Shown here piece by piece: positions 60,347-64,000 of a stretch of DNA of 64,000 bases. Origin of the DNA: an uncultured cyanobacterium (GTDB lineage: Bacteria; Cyanobacteriota; Cyanobacteriia; Cyanobacteriales; Nostocaceae); NCBI GenBank assembly GCA_963706595.1, contig OY970166.1, forward strand, positions 1,792,001 through 1,856,000. The letters run 5' to 3'. Positions within the stretch are counted from its first letter, which is position 1. Each line of letters begins with the position of its first letter. The notes below the pieces were generated by a model. It had not been told where the DNA came from and ran no database searches. It worked only from the letters and a program-made list of their open reading frames with translations. Both the position numbers and the translations under genes were made by a program.

Positions 60347-61078
60347 TCATATTTCATCGGAAAAAGTCCCATTTTCGGCGCTGAATGGCGATGGTTCTGA
60401 CTGCAATTTAGTCTCAGGAATATTTTCTTCTACCTGATCGGTGTTGATGCGATCGCCATCTTTATCCTGATCAACAGCTTTCTGGAATCCTGGTTTTACA
60501 GATTTGAAATCCTGTTTAGTTTGTTCATAATCTTTTTGAATAAATTCCGTCGCTTGACTGATTTTTTCACTCAATCCTTCTGTATATTTCGGGGGATTTT
60601 GCACAGCTTTCTCTAAGACAATAACGCGCTTATCGCCTACACTCGAAATCATGATCGGTGCAAGTAAATATGTCCCTTCCATTAATCCCTGCCAACCATT
60701 CGGAGAGAACATATAATTAATCACATCTCCTGTTTCGCCATTGAATAACAAGTCAATGATTTTTCCGACTTTATTACCGCTATCCGACCACACCTCACTC
60801 CCCAGCACCGGGTTAACAGATTCAGTGATTTCTGAAGTGTGATTATCCTGATGGCTGACTAGAACGCTATCAGCACCAATCGCCTCAATTTGTTTCCAAG
60901 CAAAAGTTTTTTGCTTACTACCCAGCCATCCTGATTTACAGGTTAAACCCAAAATTCTTTGTGCCTGACTATCTACTAAAAGTCCTGACACACGACCAAC
61001 TTCTTCGACTGTTTCACGGTCAAGCACTAAACGTTTTAGCAAATCGCTGTGCTTTAAAACTTGAGATGGCGTAGACAT
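60347..61078 (-). CDS. Tandem PRC-barrel protein
   Basis: Two repeats of V....G..VG.V..LL.D/N...I..IG.D.V. Confidence 0.85.
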   Translation of the reverse strand: MSTPSQVLKHSDLLKRLVLDRETVEEVGRVSGLLVDSQAQRILGLTCKSGWLGSKQKTFAWKQIEAIGADSVLVSHQDNHTSEITESVNPVLGSEVWSDSGNKVGKIIDLLFNGETGDVINYMFSPNGWQGLMEGTYLLAPIMISSVGDKRVIVLEKAVQNPPKYTEGLSEKISQATEFIQKDYEQTKQDFKSVKPGFQKAVDQDKDGDRINTDQVEENIPETKLQSEPSPFSAENGTFSDEI

Positions 61079-61245
61079 ACTAAAAATACTTACCAAGTAT
61101 TAATGATTAATGATAACATTATACTCGCAATTTAATACCAATTTATCTGTATTAAGTTCTTGTGATTACCTGATCTTGACATTCTTGTAATTGCGAGTCA
61201 AATAATCCCAAGGCTAGTTACTGGAGTGAGAGGTCATAATTAACA

Positions 61246-61578
61246 ATGCGGATATTTTCCATTATTGCCATCTTGGTAGCATTATTAGCTGTAGTGTTTG
61301 CATTTCAAAATGCTGTTCCTATCAGCGTGACATTTTTCAATGTAATTTTTGAGGCTTCACTAGCAATTGTGCTAATTTTGACTCTGGGTCTAGGAATTTC
61401 AATAGGCTTACTAGTTTCAATTCCTAGTGTAATTCAACGAAATTTGCGAATTTCTAAATATAAGGGAAAAGTGGCTGAATTAGAGAATGAATCGCATAAA
61501 TATCTAGAAACAATCACCCATCAGCGACAAAGAATTGAAAACCTGGAAAGGCATCTAAATTTAAAGGAAAATCAATAG
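61246..61578 (+). CDS. LapA/DUF1049 family membrane protein
   Basis: FAFQNA.P..V.F motif, two TM segments and a coiled coil. Confidence 0.8.
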   Translation: MRIFSIIAILVALLAVVFAFQNAVPISVTFFNVIFEASLAIVLILTLGLGISIGLLVSIPSVIQRNLRISKYKGKVAELENESHKYLETITHQRQRIENLERHLNLKENQ

Positions 61579-61587
61579 GGAACGTCT

Positions 61588-64000
61588 CTAGAGGGGTTTC
61601 AGTTTACGCATATTTAAATTCTGTCGATGTCTAATTGGTATAACACCAGTTTTTGCAGGTGGGAAAGTCTGAATCTTTGTACTTTCGTTGAGGAGGAAGG
61701 GCAATAAAGCACCACTTCCAATTACAGCACTATCTACTATACTAATGGGGGTAATCTTTAACAGGTTTCTTAGCGGTGGGATGGCTACAGCTAAGAGTTG
61801 TACAGCAAATGAACCTGTAATGGCAGCATTTAAGTAAGGATTGTTGGGTAGTTTTTCTTGACTAAATATGCTGTGGGTTTCGGAACGGCTGCTAATTGTA
61901 TGCAGCAGTTGGGCGGTTGTTAAGGTCAGACAAGCAACTGTGCTAGCCCGCGCCCCGATGCCGTATTTGAGGATGGCATAGCTGTATGCTGCTAAGGTAC
62001 TGACAGATATTGTGGCTGACTCAAAGATAATTCTGCCAAAATCTGAGTTTTTGATGATTGGTTCATGAGGGTTGCGGGGTGGCTGACTCAATACGTCAGG
62101 TTCTGGTGCTTCCATAGCCAGGGATAAACCAGGGAAAATATCAGTGACTAAATTTAGCCACAGCAGTTGAATGGTATTCAAGGGTTGACCTAAACCAGCA
62201 GCTGTGGCGGTGGTCATGACCATGATTTCGCTGAGGTTGGTGGCGAGGAGGAAATGCACAGATTTTCTAATGTTGTTATAGATAGTCCGCCCTCGACTGA
62301 CAGCCATAATCATGGTTTCTAGTCGGTCATCTTCGAGGACGATATCTGCAACTTCACGCGCCACATCGGTTCCACCTTTACCCATTGCTACACCCACTTG
62401 TGCCGCCTTTAGTGCTGGTGCATCATTAATTCCATCGCCGGTCATGGCCACGACTTTTCCGGCTGCTTGCAAAGCCTGGACAATTTGCAGTTTATTACTA
62501 GGACTGATGCGGGCAAAAACGTTAACTTTTTCGCTGATTGCTGTCAGTGCCTCTGGTGTGAGATGATCAAGGTTAGTGGCATCGAGAATTTCTAGTTGGT
62601 CATTGCGACTCAATTCTAATTCTTGCGCGATCGCATCAGCAGTTGAACTTTGATCTCCGGTCATCATCACTGTTTCAATCCCAGCTTGATGAAACTCCCC
62701 AATCAATTTTTTCACACCAACTCGAATTGGGTCTGTCATCGCCACTAAACCCAGCCAGATCAGGTCTGTTTCATAATTATTGCCGTTGTGATCATGATCA
62801 ATATGGCTGTAGGCTACTCCCAAGACGCGCAGTGCTTTTCCAGCCAAGCTTTCGTTTTCCATTTCAATTTCCCGCCGATCTTTTGCTGTTAAAGGCACGA
62901 CTTGGCCATTCTTCATCCACCATTGACATATCTCAATCATTTCGGCGGGATTACCTTTAACTGCAATCAATTTGTGGTGATTGTCAATCTCATGAATTGT
63001 ACTCATGAGGTTACGGTTTTCGCTTCGCAAGTTGGTTTCTAGCAATTCATACTTTTGTCTGAGTTGAATAACATCAACTCCAGCACTAATTGCCAAATTA
63101 ATCAAAGCATTTTCTGTTGGCGAACCTGTAACCACATACTCACCATTCTCCTGTTGACTGACTTCACTTTCATTGCAGAGAACCGATATATGAATCAGCT
63201 TTAACAGTTCATCATTGCTATAGGGGTTAATATTTTCTGACCCCACTGTAATTTGTTGAGTGGTTGTCCGAATTTCCACCACTAACATTTTATTTTCGGT
63301 AATTGTCCCAGTTTTATCCAAGCAAATTGTCTGTACAGAACCCAAAGCTTCCACCGCGCTGAGACTGCGAACTAGGACATTATTCTTCCTCATTTCACGG
63401 ATACCTAAAGCGAGAGTTGTGGTAGCAATTGTGGGTAAACCTTCGGGAACCGCAGCTACTGCGAGAGATATAGATGATTGCATCATCGCCAAGAAACCAT
63501 ACCCTCGCAGCACTCCCAAACCAAAGACCAAACTGCAAATTCCCAAGCCGATTAAAACCAGTTGACTTCCCACCTGATCTAATTGTCTTTTTAGGGGAGT
63601 ATCTATAGAGGTAGCCTCATTCACAAGTTGTTGGATTTTGCCCATTTCTGTAAATTTACCTGTGGCTACCACCACAGCCAGTCCTTGACCGCCAGTAACA
63701 AAAGTCCCCTTATAAACCATGTTCAGGCGATCAGCTAAGGGGATGTTTTCACCAGACAAAGGCGCAATAGTTTTTAGAATGGGAATACTTTCGCCAGTCA
63801 GAGCAGATTCGTCTACACTCAAGTTATCAGCTGCGATAATTCGGGCATCTGCGGCTATGTAACTACCAGATTTGATCCATAAAATGTCTCCGACAACCAC
63901 ATTTTCTGTAGGGATTTCTATCTGCTGATTTTCTCTAATTACCCCAGTTAATATTTGTTCTTGATTTTGGAGAGATTGAATTATTTTTGCTGATTGGCTT
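61588..64000 (-). CDS. P2-type cation (probably Ca2+) transporting ATPase (5'-truncated by window edge)
   Basis: LTGES, PEGL, DKTGT, TGD and GDGINDAPAL motifs. Confidence 0.96.
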   Translation of the reverse strand, partial: SQSAKIIQSLQNQEQILTGVIRENQQIEIPTENVVVGDILWIKSGSYIAADARIIAADNLSVDESALTGESIPILKTIAPLSGENIPLADRLNMVYKGTFVTGGQGLAVVVATGKFTEMGKIQQLVNEATSIDTPLKRQLDQVGSQLVLIGLGICSLVFGLGVLRGYGFLAMMQSSISLAVAAVPEGLPTIATTTLALGIREMRKNNVLVRSLSAVEALGSVQTICLDKTGTITENKMLVVEIRTTTQQITVGSENINPYSNDELLKLIHISVLCNESEVSQQENGEYVVTGSPTENALINLAISAGVDVIQLRQKYELLETNLRSENRNLMSTIHEIDNHHKLIAVKGNPAEMIEICQWWMKNGQVVPLTAKDRREIEMENESLAGKALRVLGVAYSHIDHDHNGNNYETDLIWLGLVAMTDPIRVGVKKLIGEFHQAGIETVMMTGDQSSTADAIAQELELSRNDQLEILDATNLDHLTPEALTAISEKVNVFARISPSNKLQIVQALQAAGKVVAMTGDGINDAPALKAAQVGVAMGKGGTDVAREVADIVLEDDRLETMIMAVSRGRTIYNNIRKSVHFLLATNLSEIMVMTTATAAGLGQPLNTIQLLWLNLVTDIFPGLSLAMEAPEPDVLSQPPRNPHEPIIKNSDFGRIIFESATISVSTLAAYSYAILKYGIGARASTVACLTLTTAQLLHTISSRSETHSIFSQEKLPNNPYLNAAITGSFAVQLLAVAIPPLRNLLKITPISIVDSAVIGSGALLPFLLNESTKIQTFPPAKTGVIPIRHRQNLNMRKLKPL

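Overview
A 64-kb chromosomal window from a filamentous, probably heterocyst-forming cyanobacterium (Nostoc/Anabaena-like). This is inferred from abundant HIP1 octamers (GCGATCGC), heptamer STRR tandem repeats, GTAG-type palindromes and Nostocales-type genes. Most of the window is housekeeping or accessory: kinase-WD40, CLC channel, PmbA, Tab2, DegT, sucCD, surE, ABC exporter, galE, two MscS, ileS, glycosyltransferases, a two-component pair and a P-type ATPase. The ~36-49.4 kb region around ileS looks like a defence/accessory hotspot. It holds two toxin-antitoxin pairs, an orphan ParA with an unknown partner, and a three-gene minus-strand operon. That operon encodes an RcaD-like putative DNA-binding protein (with a +1 frameshift), a P-loop ATPase, and an 882-aa fusion of a DEDDy 3'-5' exonuclease, a Cas4/AddB-like Fe-S nuclease and an FtsK motor. 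It is the best candidate for an undescribed DNA-processing or anti-MGE system. Other notable items are a SucD lacking its catalytic His, an Rpn-like gene with a likely internal start, 21-nt insertions into HIP1 sites within genes, larger in-frame palindrome insertions in ileS and the CLC gene, and two single-base frameshifts. I saw no rRNA, tRNA, CRISPR array or intact transposase. All family assignments come from motif recognition by eye, not database searches.
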